Positions 30,051 through 39,707 of a stretch of 64,000 bases of DNA are shown here, piece after piece; positions within the stretch are counted from its first letter, which is position 1, and each line of letters opens with the position of its first letter. Source of the DNA: a virus. The DNA is taken from positions 55,095 through 119,094 of IMG/VR virus record IMGVR_UViG_3300037826_000058; one strand, 5' to 3'. The position numbers were made by a program, and so were the translations under genes. Below the pieces are notes generated by a model. That model was not told the DNA's origin. It worked only from the letters and a program-made list of their open reading frames with translations, and searched no databases.

Positions 30051-30908
30051 TCAAATCAACACCATTTGTCTTGCGTCTTTCTCATCTTTTGCTTTGTCCC
30101 GATGCATGGCTCGCATAATCGCTGGCCTCGACCAGCACCTTGCTAGGTTTTTCCATTTCCGTGAATATTCTATAAAGTGATCTGGGGGCTGATAAAGCTG
30201 TGCGAATGGTAATCCACCCAGCTCCCATACCTGTTCTAGTCTAGACTCGGCCTCATTGATAGTCTCATCACCATATGCTATCAGGACATACACACGCAGC
30301 TTGTTCCGTCCCAAAGCCGATAATTTATCAAGTGCCTTTTCCAATGGATGCAGGGCCGCTTCTGTGTCAGCGGCTAGGAATAATTCTTTAACGGTGATGC
30401 TCTGTAACTGTTCAACAATCCAGTCATCAACCAACCTTGCGTCTATGCCCCCAGCGAATACTGCCGCCTTTTGCGTTTTGAGCATTTCAATCACGCCACG
30501 AATATGTGATTGACTTGCCTGCAGAAGATTGTTGTCCTGTATAATATACCCTGGTGTAAAATCCTTAATCTCCCGTAATTTGCCTTCACGTTTTGGTACA
30601 AAGCACCATGGGCAATTATTGTTACACCCCCTAGTGGTGAACGTGACTCCGTGTTTTACATACAAACCAGGGGTGAAATTATGGCAGGGGCTATCGAAAG
30701 CAGGCCCGCCTATAAGCACATCTATGTCATTATAGGCATTGCTCCATGCTTGATATAGGCGTTTTGCCCTATCAATATCCCAGGTGAATGTTGCTGATAT
30801 ATGCACCTGGTCTACTTCTGGTGGTAATAGAGGGGGGTAATCGTCAAAAACCAAGGGGTCTTGAGGGGTCATCGACGTTACTCTAGGGAAAACTCTTGCT
30901 ATTTTCAT
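30051..30908 (-). CDS. Radical SAM protein
   Basis: TTRGCNNNCPWC (CxxxCxxC). Confidence 0.8.
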   Translation of the reverse strand: MKIARVFPRVTSMTPQDPLVFDDYPPLLPPEVDQVHISATFTWDIDRAKRLYQAWSNAYNDIDVLIGGPAFDSPCHNFTPGLYVKHGVTFTTRGCNNNCPWCFVPKREGKLREIKDFTPGYIIQDNNLLQASQSHIRGVIEMLKTQKAAVFAGGIDARLVDDWIVEQLQSITVKELFLAADTEAALHPLEKALDKLSALGRNKLRVYVLIAYGDETINEAESRLEQVWELGGLPFAQLYQPPDHFIEYSRKWKNLARCWSRPAIMRAMHRDKAKDEKDARQMVLI

Positions 30909-30921
30909 GGTTGCAATTTCA

Positions 30922-32115
30922 CTACATACAATCAAACAGGCTTTTCTGAACTGGTTTTTCGTAGTGATGCTTCAGCCTCGCCTCGCCAATCAGGACGTAG
31001 CTCGGTTCTAATTCAATCCCTATGAAATCACGGTTCTCTTGGATGCACGCTACTCCTGTAGAGGCACTACCAGCAAAGGGGTCTAGCACAACACCACCGC
31101 TTGGCGTTTTGGTGAGACGTACCAAATACCTCAAAATGGCAACCGGCTTGACCGTGGGGTGAATGTTTCCCCTTGCTTTCTTCTCGTCTGTTTCTAGCCA
31201 TTCCTCTCTAGTTGCTGGTCGCCACTCTATAGAAGTGTCTTCGTCTTTAATCCAGTAAAGGTGGTCGCACCCCTCATTCCTCTCTGATGAAGATGCCTTA
31301 GGTGTGTAGAAGAAGCGTGCGGCGGTGCCTGTGTCGCCGTGATACTTGCTGTTTTCAGGCTTTCCTTTTGCCCATCCGCCATATCCCCCACTGCTGTCAT
31401 TCTTGTTGCCCTTGGGTGACCACGGCCCAGGTCTCTCCCCACTCTGCTCTGCCAAAACCTTAACGGGACAATCGGGGTAGCAGTCCCAATCGGCTACAGT
31501 TTCTTTGCCATCGCTATCCACAAAGCTGGGCTCCCAGGCGTCGGGTCTTACTTCTTGCCCTCTACTCTCTTGGTCGGTATAGTGCATCGACTTACCCCCA
31601 GGCCCATTCGGGTATCCGCTATGCCCCTCAACCTTTCGTGTCCCACGCCTCTGGCATCCTGGTATCACCCCGTCCCCACCACAGTATGGGCATTCGGGCC
31701 AATCACCGCCGCAGAAGCAGGGCTGGTCTAGAACGTGACTTAGGATAAGGTTCGCGGGCCATCGACCTTCCGGTTTAAGCTCCAATACGTCTTGGTGCCG
31801 CCCAGCCTGTTGATATTTTCCGCCTCCACTCATAACGTCTTTATCATCTTGGGCACGCATCATTTTACACTCTTCGTTGTGTGCAATCCTCCCCCCATCA
31901 ATCCATAGTCCAGAAACCCCCCACTTGAGCGCATTGTTGACGAACGTCCCGTCACGCGGGTTCACCGCCACGATGATTGGCTCCCACGCTGGCTTGAGGG
32001 CAACATTGAATCCCTCTAGTTGCTTGAGAATATCCGGCTTGATGAACTTGCCATCATCGCGTCGCTCAATCTCTATCGTCTGACCCGCCACTTCAACTTG
32101 TATTTTTTCTGTCAT
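30922..32115 (-). CDS. DNA N4/N6 methyltransferase, C-terminal (SAM-binding) half
   Basis: ALKPAWEPI, GRWPAN, NIHPTVKP, VLDPFAGSASTG; no DPPY. Confidence 0.85.
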   Translation of the reverse strand: MTEKIQVEVAGQTIEIERRDDGKFIKPDILKQLEGFNVALKPAWEPIIVAVNPRDGTFVNNALKWGVSGLWIDGGRIAHNEECKMMRAQDDKDVMSGGGKYQQAGRHQDVLELKPEGRWPANLILSHVLDQPCFCGGDWPECPYCGGDGVIPGCQRRGTRKVEGHSGYPNGPGGKSMHYTDQESRGQEVRPDAWEPSFVDSDGKETVADWDCYPDCPVKVLAEQSGERPGPWSPKGNKNDSSGGYGGWAKGKPENSKYHGDTGTAARFFYTPKASSSERNEGCDHLYWIKDEDTSIEWRPATREEWLETDEKKARGNIHPTVKPVAILRYLVRLTKTPSGGVVLDPFAGSASTGVACIQENRDFIGIELEPSYVLIGEARLKHHYEKPVQKSLFDCM

Positions 32116-32137
32116 CGTGTTGTGACTACTCCCCTCG

Positions 32138-33265
32138 CTAAAGCAGGGGGCTTCTAGGGCTTTTGCCCAGGGACGATAGCCCTCGTCCCAAAATGTTTAG
32201 ACTAGCATTAAGATCACGATCAATCTCAAGACCACAATGAGGACACTTATGGACACGTTCGGACAGAGGCTTTTTGACAATCTTGCCACAACCAGAACAC
32301 ATCTGCGACGTGTTACGTGGGTCAACAGTGACGACCGTCCGCCCGGCCCATTCTGCCTTGGCTTGGGTCAATCTCACCAGTTGTCCCCACGCAGCGTCGG
32401 AGATGCTCTTGTTCAAGCTGCGCCAATTGCCTTCCTGTATGTCCTGAATGTCCAATGCCTCAAATGCAATGAATTGAAATTCGTTCACCAGTCGCCTACT
32501 CAGCTTGTGCGCGAAGTCTTTGCGACGATTAGCGATGCGTTGGTGAATGTGCTCTACCACCCGCTTCTGCTTGCGATACTCAGGCGTGCCTTTGTCACAC
32601 TCCGAGAGCTTGCGTTGTGCTTTAGCAAGGGCTTTCTCGTCTTTGCGGAAGAAGCGGGGGTTGTCAATCTGCGTACCGTCGCTGAGGGTAGCGAAGTGCT
32701 TACAGCCGAGGTCAATGCCAACTGTCTTGTGCGTGGGTTCAAGCAGTTCTGGTTCAAACTCTACCACGAAGCAAGCCCACCAATTGCCGAGGGCGTCTCG
32801 CTTAATATGAAGACGCTTGACCTCTCCCTCGATGGGGCGGTGAAGCACAATCTTAACATTGCCAATCTTGGAGAGGTAAAGTCTATCATCGCTAACTATC
32901 TTGAACCCGCTTTGCGGGAACGTAAACGACTTATACCAATTACCCTTGAAGCGCGGATACCCTGGATTCTCACCACCATCCTTACAACGTCGAAAGAAAT
33001 GCTGAAAAGCCAAGTCAACCCGTGTGCAAGCATCCTGCAAGACTTGAGAGTGTGCTTGTTTCAACCAAGGGTGCTCTGCTTTCCAACCAGGAAGCATATT
33101 GATTGTATCGTACAGCGAAAGCGATTCTTCTCGTTCTTCCCAGGCTTCCTTGCGCACTTCAAGCGTTTTGTTGTAGACCCATCGGCAAGCATCTAAGACG
33201 CTCTGCATAGCTGTGCGCTGTGCAGAACTAGGATAGAGCCGATACTTCATTGTCTTGGTAGCCAT
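32138..33265 (-). CDS. tnpB: RNA-guided endonuclease TnpB
   Basis: KYRLYP HTH, VGIDLG, FEAL, TSQMCSGCG..CPHCG..DRDLNAS; RuvC D-E-D present. Confidence 0.95.
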   Translation of the reverse strand: MATKTMKYRLYPSSAQRTAMQSVLDACRWVYNKTLEVRKEAWEEREESLSLYDTINMLPGWKAEHPWLKQAHSQVLQDACTRVDLAFQHFFRRCKDGGENPGYPRFKGNWYKSFTFPQSGFKIVSDDRLYLSKIGNVKIVLHRPIEGEVKRLHIKRDALGNWWACFVVEFEPELLEPTHKTVGIDLGCKHFATLSDGTQIDNPRFFRKDEKALAKAQRKLSECDKGTPEYRKQKRVVEHIHQRIANRRKDFAHKLSRRLVNEFQFIAFEALDIQDIQEGNWRSLNKSISDAAWGQLVRLTQAKAEWAGRTVVTVDPRNTSQMCSGCGKIVKKPLSERVHKCPHCGLEIDRDLNASLNILGRGLSSLGKSPRSPLL

Positions 33266-33272
33266 ATTAAAT

Positions 33273-33300
33273 ATTATACCACGTTTTATGTGTCTGTCAA
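33273..33300 (-). promoter_or_regulatory. Sigma70-type promoter for tnpB
   Basis: TTGACA-16-TATAAT with extended -10; ATG 7 nt downstream. Confidence 0.7.
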
Positions 33301-33398
33301 GTACATAAAACGCCATTCATCTCCTCGCTAAAGCAAGGAGTTTTCTGGCTTAACCTCTATAATTAGGATGATTGAGACACAGTGCTAAAGGGTTGTCG

Positions 33399-34178
33399 AT
33401 GCTTGAAAAGACCAAACTTGAAGAACTTTACATTGAGCAACAGATGACTGGTACAGAGATTGCCACCCTTGTTGGTGTCAAGTCCTCTCAAACCATCTAC
33501 AACTGGCTCGACAAGTATGGAATACCACGCCGCCAAGGACGCAGGGCGCAACGCCCTGTCACCCCCAGCAAGGAAACCTTGCAAGAACTTTATGTGGAAC
33601 AGAAATTGAGCATAGACCAGATTTGGCGAATGCTCGGTTCGTCTGAGTCCAGTGTCTCCAAGTTGCTTGACCAGTACGGTATCCCTAAACGCGCACGATG
33701 GGAGCAAATGGCTGGATGGAACAAGGGGCAGCCACTTCCCGAAGAGCAACGCCAGCATCTTAGCGAGATTGCCAAGCAACGTACTGGCCCAGACAGTTCG
33801 CGCTATGGCGTCGAGCTTTCGGATGAAACCAGACAGAAAATCTCCGATAGTCTCAAAGGGCGATACCGTGGCCCCGACAATCCGCAATGGAATGGCGGTA
33901 GTAGCGATGAGCGCCACAAGTGGCATAGCCGCTATGAGTACAAGGAATGGCGTGATGCAGTGTTCAAACGTGACGGATACGCCTGCCAGATGTGCGGTAA
34001 GCCCAGCGAGGGCGATATAGAAGCTCACCATATCTATCCCTGGTGCGACTATCCCAGCAAGCGATTTGACGCTGGCAATGGAATTACACTTTGTCAAGAA
34101 TGCCACCTCTCAATCAAAGGCATAGAGCTTGAGTACGCAGAGCAATTCTTGAGTATCATTCGTCAACCCACTCCGTGA
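33399..34178 (+). CDS. Free-standing HNH homing endonuclease with HTH and NUMOD3-like repeats
   Basis: SDETRQKISDSLKG, NPQWNGG, RDGYACQMCG..EAHHI..NGITLCQECH. Confidence 0.88.
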   Translation: MLEKTKLEELYIEQQMTGTEIATLVGVKSSQTIYNWLDKYGIPRRQGRRAQRPVTPSKETLQELYVEQKLSIDQIWRMLGSSESSVSKLLDQYGIPKRARWEQMAGWNKGQPLPEEQRQHLSEIAKQRTGPDSSRYGVELSDETRQKISDSLKGRYRGPDNPQWNGGSSDERHKWHSRYEYKEWRDAVFKRDGYACQMCGKPSEGDIEAHHIYPWCDYPSKRFDAGNGITLCQECHLSIKGIELEYAEQFLSIIRQPTP

Positions 34179-34650
34179 ACTCATAGCCCTGCTCTTCTAT
34201 CGCTGTCTCTAGCTTCTTGCGCAACCCCTTCTCTAGGCTATACCCCTTCGGAAACCCCTGGCCCTGCACCCAAGCCATCACACACCCTGGATAGTGCAAA
34301 TCCAGATAAGCCCTCTTTTGCTCTGCATCTAAACTGTCTAAAAATGCACTTCGCTGAAAGTCACCGCTATGCAAATGAGTTATCGTGTCCCGAATCTCCC
34401 ACCCCGCGTCCTCAATCGCCACCATTAGACGGTGGTGTGTACGCGTCCCACCGAAGGCTAGTAAGAACGCTCCCGGCTTGGCAACCCTGCGAACCTCTTC
34501 CCAGAAGGCAACCCCTGGAACACCGTGATCCCAATCCCTCCCCATAAAATGTAATCCGTATGGGGGATCAGTGATAACGGTGTCTACGCTGTTTTCTTCC
34601 ATCTCTGAAAGAACGTGTAAGCAATTCCCTGTATGTAGTTTGTATTCCAT
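34156..34650 (-). CDS. DNA N4/N6 methyltransferase, N-terminal (catalytic DPPY) half
   Basis: SVDTVITDPPYGL..FMGRDWD, FGGTRTHHR..IEDAGWEIRD, GFPK. Confidence 0.85.
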   Translation of the reverse strand: MEYKLHTGNCLHVLSEMEENSVDTVITDPPYGLHFMGRDWDHGVPGVAFWEEVRRVAKPGAFLLAFGGTRTHHRLMVAIEDAGWEIRDTITHLHSGDFQRSAFLDSLDAEQKRAYLDLHYPGCVMAWVQGQGFPKGYSLEKGLRKKLETAIEEQGYEFTEWVDE

Positions 34651-34896
34651 CTATCTATCGGTAGACACTCTCTCTAACAAGTCGAAAAAGTAAACAACTT
34701 CTCCGTGTGGGGCGTCCTCAGCACACACCCAGTTGTTTCCGACAACATAGGCTTCATCGTATCCCAGAACCTTACAGGCTCGGTTTGCCAGCACCAGTTG
34801 CCCCATTGCAGCGCCAAGCAATATTAGGGAACCTACAAATATGACCAACAACATGATTTCAGGCATTTTATTCTTCAAAGTAAATCCTCCATTCAT
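34651..34896 (-). CDS. Small membrane protein
   Basis: One TM helix. Confidence 0.5.
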   Translation of the reverse strand: MNGGFTLKNKMPEIMLLVIFVGSLILLGAAMGQLVLANRACKVLGYDEAYVVGNNWVCAEDAPHGEVVYFFDLLERVSTDR

Positions 34897-35419
34897 CTGG
34901 ATATTCTACCACAACCACTCTACCCCTGGGCTTTTTAGGTTCAAACCTAAGAGACATACCAGCCTCATGGGGCATACGGTTTCCTTTACGGTTGTTACAA
35001 TACCTGCAACAACATGCTACGTTCCCCCAGTTGGTCTTACCGCCTCGGCTCTGGGGAATGATGTGCTCTATAGTAAAATCAGAATGGCGAAGGGGGCGAC
35101 CGTCATCATCCAGATCACCCACCCGCCTTCCACAGTAAACGCATTGCCATTTGTCTCTGCGGAAAACGTTTCGCCTTGTAAACGGTACTGATTGCTGGGG
35201 GGCGTCGTGGTAAACACTTAGCATCAATACGCTCGGTACTTCATACACATCATCAACGGTATTTAGTTTTGCAGCCACACCGTCGATTGCAAGCACAGGC
35301 ACGTTGCCTTCATCGTCCTCTCGCATCATTATCTCGATAGCATCTCTTACGGTGATGATGCGAAAAGGGCGTCCTGTCCTGTCGAGCAATAAAACTTTAC
35401 GGTTTAACTTTTCAGTCAT
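34868..35419 (-). CDS. HNH endonuclease (McrA-like)
   Basis: RRNVFRRDKWQCVYCG..TIEHIIPQSRGG..WGNVACCC..CNNRKG. Confidence 0.9.
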   Translation of the reverse strand: MTEKLNRKVLLLDRTGRPFRIITVRDAIEIMMREDDEGNVPVLAIDGVAAKLNTVDDVYEVPSVLMLSVYHDAPQQSVPFTRRNVFRRDKWQCVYCGRRVGDLDDDGRPLRHSDFTIEHIIPQSRGGKTNWGNVACCCRYCNNRKGNRMPHEAGMSLRFEPKKPRGRVVVVEYPDEWRIYFEE

Positions 35420-35446
35420 GCTTACTCCCCCCCCAAAAAAAATGAA

Positions 35447-35518
35447 TACCCCCAGCTGGACTCGAACCAGCATCTACGGTTTAGGAAACCGTGGCTCTTT
35501 CCATTGAGCTATGGGGGC
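35447..35518 (-). tRNA. tRNA-Arg(CCT)
   Basis: Cloverleaf; loop TTCCTAA. Confidence 0.88.
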
Positions 35519-35524
35519 ACTGCA

Positions 35525-35800
35525 TCACGAATACAAAGGATTAAGTTCCTCTTCCTCTTCCTCTGCAACCCATACCGCAAACCTCATTGTTTTGTTGAGG
35601 TTACGGAAGGAAACATCACCGTCATACGGCGCGGTGTCTCGTTCCCATCTCCCTTGTGCGTTCACCAGCACAACACATCTCATGTCGTACTTGGTGATAT
35701 ACTCTAGGGCGTCCTGTGGCGTCCTAAATACCAACGACCCTTCCTTTTTGATGATGGTCTCGTGGTCACCCACAGCGTCGGAACAGTAACTTGCTAGCAT
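35525..35800 (-). CDS. Hypothetical protein
   Basis: TAATG coupling to the upstream gene. Confidence 0.55.
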   Translation of the reverse strand: MLASYCSDAVGDHETIIKKEGSLVFRTPQDALEYITKYDMRCVVLVNAQGRWERDTAPYDGDVSFRNLNKTMRFAVWVAEEEEEELNPLYS

Positions 35801-36645
35801 TATTCCCCCTTATACTTCTTGGCCTTCTCCAGGATACTTGGAATGGCTTCTTCCATATACGGTTTCATTTTGTCGTAACGATAGGTTCTATCGGTAAATC
35901 TTCTGTTTGTTATTGCCTTGAGGAATACATTATTTACCTCTTCCATGTAGGAGCCATAGATGTGGTAGCTATCGGCCTGATGAACATAGCGCCCCACGCG
36001 AACCTCACGCCCAGCATGCTCGCTGACTCGATCAGCGATTTTTTCCTGTAACTTCACAAATGCGAACATATTCATAAAAGCGGCTTTGTAGGCATCGTTT
36101 GAACGCATTCGGACGTTGGTGTTCAAATACCACACCCCATCCGTATCAGGGAGAATACGACACCAGATGCTTTGTAAGCACGCTGGGTCGTGGCAAAACG
36201 GGTCTTCCCAAGGTTTCCAGGTAATCGCCTGGGCGCGACGCGTGTAGGGAGCTTGGGCTAGCTTGCACGCCATTACTTCTATTTGATTGTAAAGCTCATC
36301 AATCCCCGGTACAGAGTATGTAAACAAGCGCTCGTGGTACGTATACTCCCACCGAGTATCGTTAGGGTCATCAGGGTCGCGAACCCAGTGGTCTTTAATG
36401 CCATCCCTGACTTCCATTGTGTACTCTTGTAGGTCTTGTAATCCGCATGGTATCATGCGGCTTATCATGGGTTCAGCTAGGGGGCTGTCTACCACGATAG
36501 TCATTGTAGCGTCTAGCGATGGGGGGTCTTCAGGTTTATCATACTCCGTTTGGATTGGGGTTCCGCTATGATAAACCTTTAAGACAGACTTCTCCCAAGC
36601 AGAAGGAAGATTACTCCCCTGAACGCGAAGAACTGGTATATACAT
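35800..36645 (-). CDS. Thymidylate synthase family protein (short type)
   Basis: YTYHERL, TRRAQA, PACLQ, MRSND..AFMN, SYHIY. Confidence 0.85.
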   Translation of the reverse strand: MYIPVLRVQGSNLPSAWEKSVLKVYHSGTPIQTEYDKPEDPPSLDATMTIVVDSPLAEPMISRMIPCGLQDLQEYTMEVRDGIKDHWVRDPDDPNDTRWEYTYHERLFTYSVPGIDELYNQIEVMACKLAQAPYTRRAQAITWKPWEDPFCHDPACLQSIWCRILPDTDGVWYLNTNVRMRSNDAYKAAFMNMFAFVKLQEKIADRVSEHAGREVRVGRYVHQADSYHIYGSYMEEVNNVFLKAITNRRFTDRTYRYDKMKPYMEEAIPSILEKAKKYKGE

Positions 36646-36650
36646 TAATA

Positions 36651-37838
36651 TTATTTCCCCTTGTAGTGATTGCATCCCATTTCAGGGTAAACTACCCTGT
36701 GAATAGTAGGAACACCCCATCCAAATGTATTGTCCTTTCCTGGTTCTCCTAGGTCACAAGCACTGTCTTTAAGCGCATCGTAAACCTCGTCAGGGGAGAA
36801 CTCTGGATATAAAGACTTGATTACTCCAGCCGCCGCAGAAACGTGTGGGGTCGCCATTGATGTTCCCGATTTATACCACGTTTCCGCGGGGGACGTGTAG
36901 GCATACACACAAAACGAAGGTGCTACAAAATCTAATTTCTCACCGTAATTACTGAAGTATGCGAGGTCTAAGTCTTCATCGATCCCGCCTACCGATACGA
37001 CACTATCAAATCCAGCGGGATATACTAATACATCAATATGATGATTACCAGCCGCCGCCACTGGTAACACACCATTTTCCCTTGCACGCTTCAGTGCGTT
37101 TTCCACCATTGACCACGCTTCGCTTTGAGGGTCTCCATATCCCCCAAACGACATAGACATTACATCTACGTCGTTCTCGGTACACCAATCGATTGCCAAA
37201 ATGATTGCCCTGAGGGAGCACCTTCCTCCCTCACAGACTTTTAGATGTACCCCCTCACAGTGCGGGCAAATCCCTGCAATTCCCGTCTCATTATGAGGGG
37301 CGGCACTAATGCTTTGCACATGGTAACCATGTGTATCATCGTCAGTGGTGTCAGCATTCCCCGTGAAATAGTTCCAGCCCGTAATGTCATTGGTGGGCTG
37401 GTCTTCAATTGGTGACCAACCACTGTCCAGAAACGCAATACGGGCCACTTGGGTATAGGAACGCGTGTAAACAGACGGAACTTCTTCTACCCCCATCATC
37501 TGAGGCCCGTACTGGAGCTCTATGTGTTCGTCGTTTAGCGTAGGCCTTGGTGTGGGGGTAGGAGTAGGACGTGTTGGTACAGGAATAATCTCACTTGCTT
37601 TGAAAACCAACGGGAGGTAGTGGTAGTAACGCCCTTCTTGCTGAGTATAGATTTCTGGCAAGGGAAAACATTCTTGTAAGCGAATAACTTCCTTCTTTTC
37701 AACAAACCGATACCCATACCGAGCATTGCTGTCTTCAACCAACACATAATCGTCATCGATAAACCCTCCATCCGCCTTAACAGGGGTAAAAATCAAGAGG
37801 GTTACTAAGACAGCCAAAACCAAAGATAACCTGCGCAT
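36651..37838 (-). CDS. Secreted subtilisin-like (S8) serine protease
   Basis: Signal peptide; LDSG, HGYHV, AAAGN, GTSMATPHV. Confidence 0.92.
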   Translation of the reverse strand: MRRLSLVLAVLVTLLIFTPVKADGGFIDDDYVLVEDSNARYGYRFVEKKEVIRLQECFPLPEIYTQQEGRYYHYLPLVFKASEIIPVPTRPTPTPTPRPTLNDEHIELQYGPQMMGVEEVPSVYTRSYTQVARIAFLDSGWSPIEDQPTNDITGWNYFTGNADTTDDDTHGYHVQSISAAPHNETGIAGICPHCEGVHLKVCEGGRCSLRAIILAIDWCTENDVDVMSMSFGGYGDPQSEAWSMVENALKRARENGVLPVAAAGNHHIDVLVYPAGFDSVVSVGGIDEDLDLAYFSNYGEKLDFVAPSFCVYAYTSPAETWYKSGTSMATPHVSAAAGVIKSLYPEFSPDEVYDALKDSACDLGEPGKDNTFGWGVPTIHRVVYPEMGCNHYKGK

Positions 37839-38122
37839 ATTACGCCTCCCCAGATAGCAACCGTCAACAGTTGAATGAATAAAGCTACAGACGCGGTAAC
37901 CCACCACCCCCACAAAATATCAGGGTAGCGTCGCTTTATTAGCTTCCCCAGCCCATAAAGAACCACGGGAATAATAACCTTAACAGCCACGAGGGGAAGA
38001 TACCCATAAGATTGCCAAACCGAGACAGCAAGGGGGTTAGCCTCAGCACCAACCCCCCACGCGTAGGTGACAATTAAGTCAACTGCTTGCAAGAACAAGT
38101 ATAATAGAGTTAATCCCACCAT
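37805..38122 (-). CDS. Membrane protein (DUF5658-like)
   Basis: D...T...GAEANPL; three TM helices. Confidence 0.65.
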   Translation of the reverse strand: MVGLTLLYLFLQAVDLIVTYAWGVGAEANPLAVSVWQSYGYLPLVAVKVIIPVVLYGLGKLIKRRYPDILWGWWVTASVALFIQLLTVAIWGGVICAGYLWFWLS

Positions 38123-38589
38123 TGCTCGAACCCCTTCAACAGGCTAATAATCCTCTCTTTGTCTTCTTGCCTCTTTATCTCCGAAATGTACCGTGCTATG
38201 CGGTATACACGCTCGGCGGCTTCTTGCCTTCCTGGGCTGTTGACCTTGGAGAATTCTGGCCCAGTATATTGGTATAGCCCGTTCTCTATCGGCTCGAACC
38301 CCATAGAAATATCCCCAAAATGCTCCTCGAAGGATATAGACCTCAATGTTTCGTCTAGGTAATCGTCTGCTATGTATCTATCGATAGCATCAGCCAGCTC
38401 TTCAAGTTCGTTGGCAATATCGTCGGCTGATGTTGATAAACCGCTTTCCCTGAAAGAACGAGCCATCTTTCGAGACTTAAAGGATATAATCTCGAAAAGA
38501 TAAGCCCAATCCCAGTCTCTGTCTCCCCAGATAACAGGAGCCCAAGCGATTAGGTTCTTTATCCCTCTAAATATCTTATCAAACAACAT
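38110..38589 (-). CDS. Conserved phage hypothetical protein
   Basis: W.PVIW.DRDWD...WWD C-terminus. Confidence 0.65.
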   Translation of the reverse strand: MLFDKIFRGIKNLIAWAPVIWGDRDWDWAYLFEIISFKSRKMARSFRESGLSTSADDIANELEELADAIDRYIADDYLDETLRSISFEEHFGDISMGFEPIENGLYQYTGPEFSKVNSPGRQEAAERVYRIARYISEIKRQEDKERIISLLKGFEQWWD

Positions 38590-38794
38590 TGGCCTCCGAG
38601 TTATCACCAACGACGTTTCCGTCTCCGGTGATACTAACATTGCGAGGTTGTGCGAGCGCAAGCGCGGAATTCTTGGGGTATAGTTCACCGCACTTGGGGC
38701 AAGCCGTGGGCTTTTTCATAACAGCATATCCATTCCCCTCTTCAGCATGACTTGCATAGAACTTGGCTTTACATTTGTCGCATACAACAATCAT
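38579..38794 (-). CDS. Zinc-ribbon protein
   Basis: CDKC...CPKC; GGAGG RBS. Confidence 0.55.
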   Translation of the reverse strand: MIVVCDKCKAKFYASHAEEGNGYAVMKKPTACPKCGELYPKNSALALAQPRNVSITGDGNVVGDNSEANVV

Positions 38795-38805
38795 TTCAGA
38801 CCCTC

Positions 38806-39354
38806 CTAGCTTGTCCAATTAGCGTCTTCTTTAACGCGTTTATCCCAACACTTCTCACAGTAAATACCAGCAAAGTGTCGCCGGTTCTGTGCTTCACTAG
38901 CATCTATAAGCTTACCACAGGTGCTACAATGCACCTGACCTTCTCGCCACTTCTGCGTGGCATCGAGAATACGGTTTACAGTCTCTTTTGGCATTTTCTC
39001 GTCAGGGTCAGATAGAAATCTGACTCCCACCAACTTTGTCTGTGTAGGTGACCACAGCGTCAGTCCCCACAAATTGGTATAGACGTATCTTGACTTGGGC
39101 TTATCCCCCAGCATCTCAAACCCATCGAATTCCTCCGACAAACGATGCTCTTCCGTCTTTCCTGGTATGACCATCTTCTGGGTCACCATCAGGGGGTATT
39201 CCCTATGCCCATCCCTAAACCTTAATCTAGGATTATCATAGGGGTCTCCAATAGCGGCCCTCAATCTTCTTTCCACCTTGGGCAGTTCTTCGGTGAACCA
39301 CTCCATATCCAATCGGTGAAGGTCGTTTCTATCAATAATAACCTTAGCGTCCAT
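38806..39354 (-). CDS. Hypothetical protein with C-terminal Zn finger
   Basis: CSTC...CEKC; GAGGAGG RBS. Confidence 0.6.
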   Translation of the reverse strand: MDAKVIIDRNDLHRLDMEWFTEELPKVERRLRAAIGDPYDNPRLRFRDGHREYPLMVTQKMVIPGKTEEHRLSEEFDGFEMLGDKPKSRYVYTNLWGLTLWSPTQTKLVGVRFLSDPDEKMPKETVNRILDATQKWREGQVHCSTCGKLIDASEAQNRRHFAGIYCEKCWDKRVKEDANWTS

Positions 39355-39377
39355 AATCACCTCCTCACTCATTGCCA

Positions 39378-39406
39378 ATTATACACCAAAACCCCCTGGC
39401 TGTCAA
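39378..39406 (-). promoter_or_regulatory. Sigma70-type promoter
   Basis: TTGACA-17-TATAAT. Confidence 0.85.
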
Positions 39407-39624
39407 GGGGGTTCAAAAAAAATTAAGAGGGTTTTTGCTTTTCTCTAACCGCCTCTTCAAGAGTACGATCATTCAGACAGTCATTACATACGTCACACCC
39501 TGCTTGGATAGGTTTAACTTTATCACATCTAGAACACCGTTTTTCTATGTACGATGCTCTATAAATCCCTTCAATTGTATGGTATTTTCTTTTCACACTC
39601 CCCCCTGTTTTCTTAACCTACAGA

Positions 39625-39697
39625 TATGCCCAGCGGGGATCGAACCCGCGACCTCTGGCTCTTCAGGCCAGCGCTCTACCAACTGAGCTACAGGCAT
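39625..39697 (-). tRNA. tRNA-Phe(GAA)
   Basis: Loop CTGAAGA. Confidence 0.9.
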
Positions 39698-39707
39698 ACG
39701 TCACCGA

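Larger units (their letters stand above)
32122..33358 (-). mobile_element. IS200/IS605-family TnpB-only element
   Basis: Left-end hairpin CTCCTTGCTTTAGCGAGGAG after TTAT; right-end hairpin CCCCTGCTTTAGCGAGGGG ending in GTCAC; no tnpA. Confidence 0.85.

Noticed and set aside
32237-34106. Long ORFs 32237-33196 (+) and 33363-34106 (-)
   Set aside because: They are antisense to tnpB and the HNH gene and have no recognisable motifs.
32116-34155. Group I intron or IStron rejoining the methyltransferase halves
   Set aside because: The HNH is antisense, both halves have their own stop and start, and no non-coding space remains for an intron core. Not experimentally excluded.
35800-36645. dCMP hydroxymethylase for glycosylated-cytosine DNA
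   Set aside because: The specificity position is Asn (AFMN), as in dUMP-using enzymes, and an intact-looking C5 MTase implies normal cytosine. dUMP hydroxymethylation cannot be excluded.
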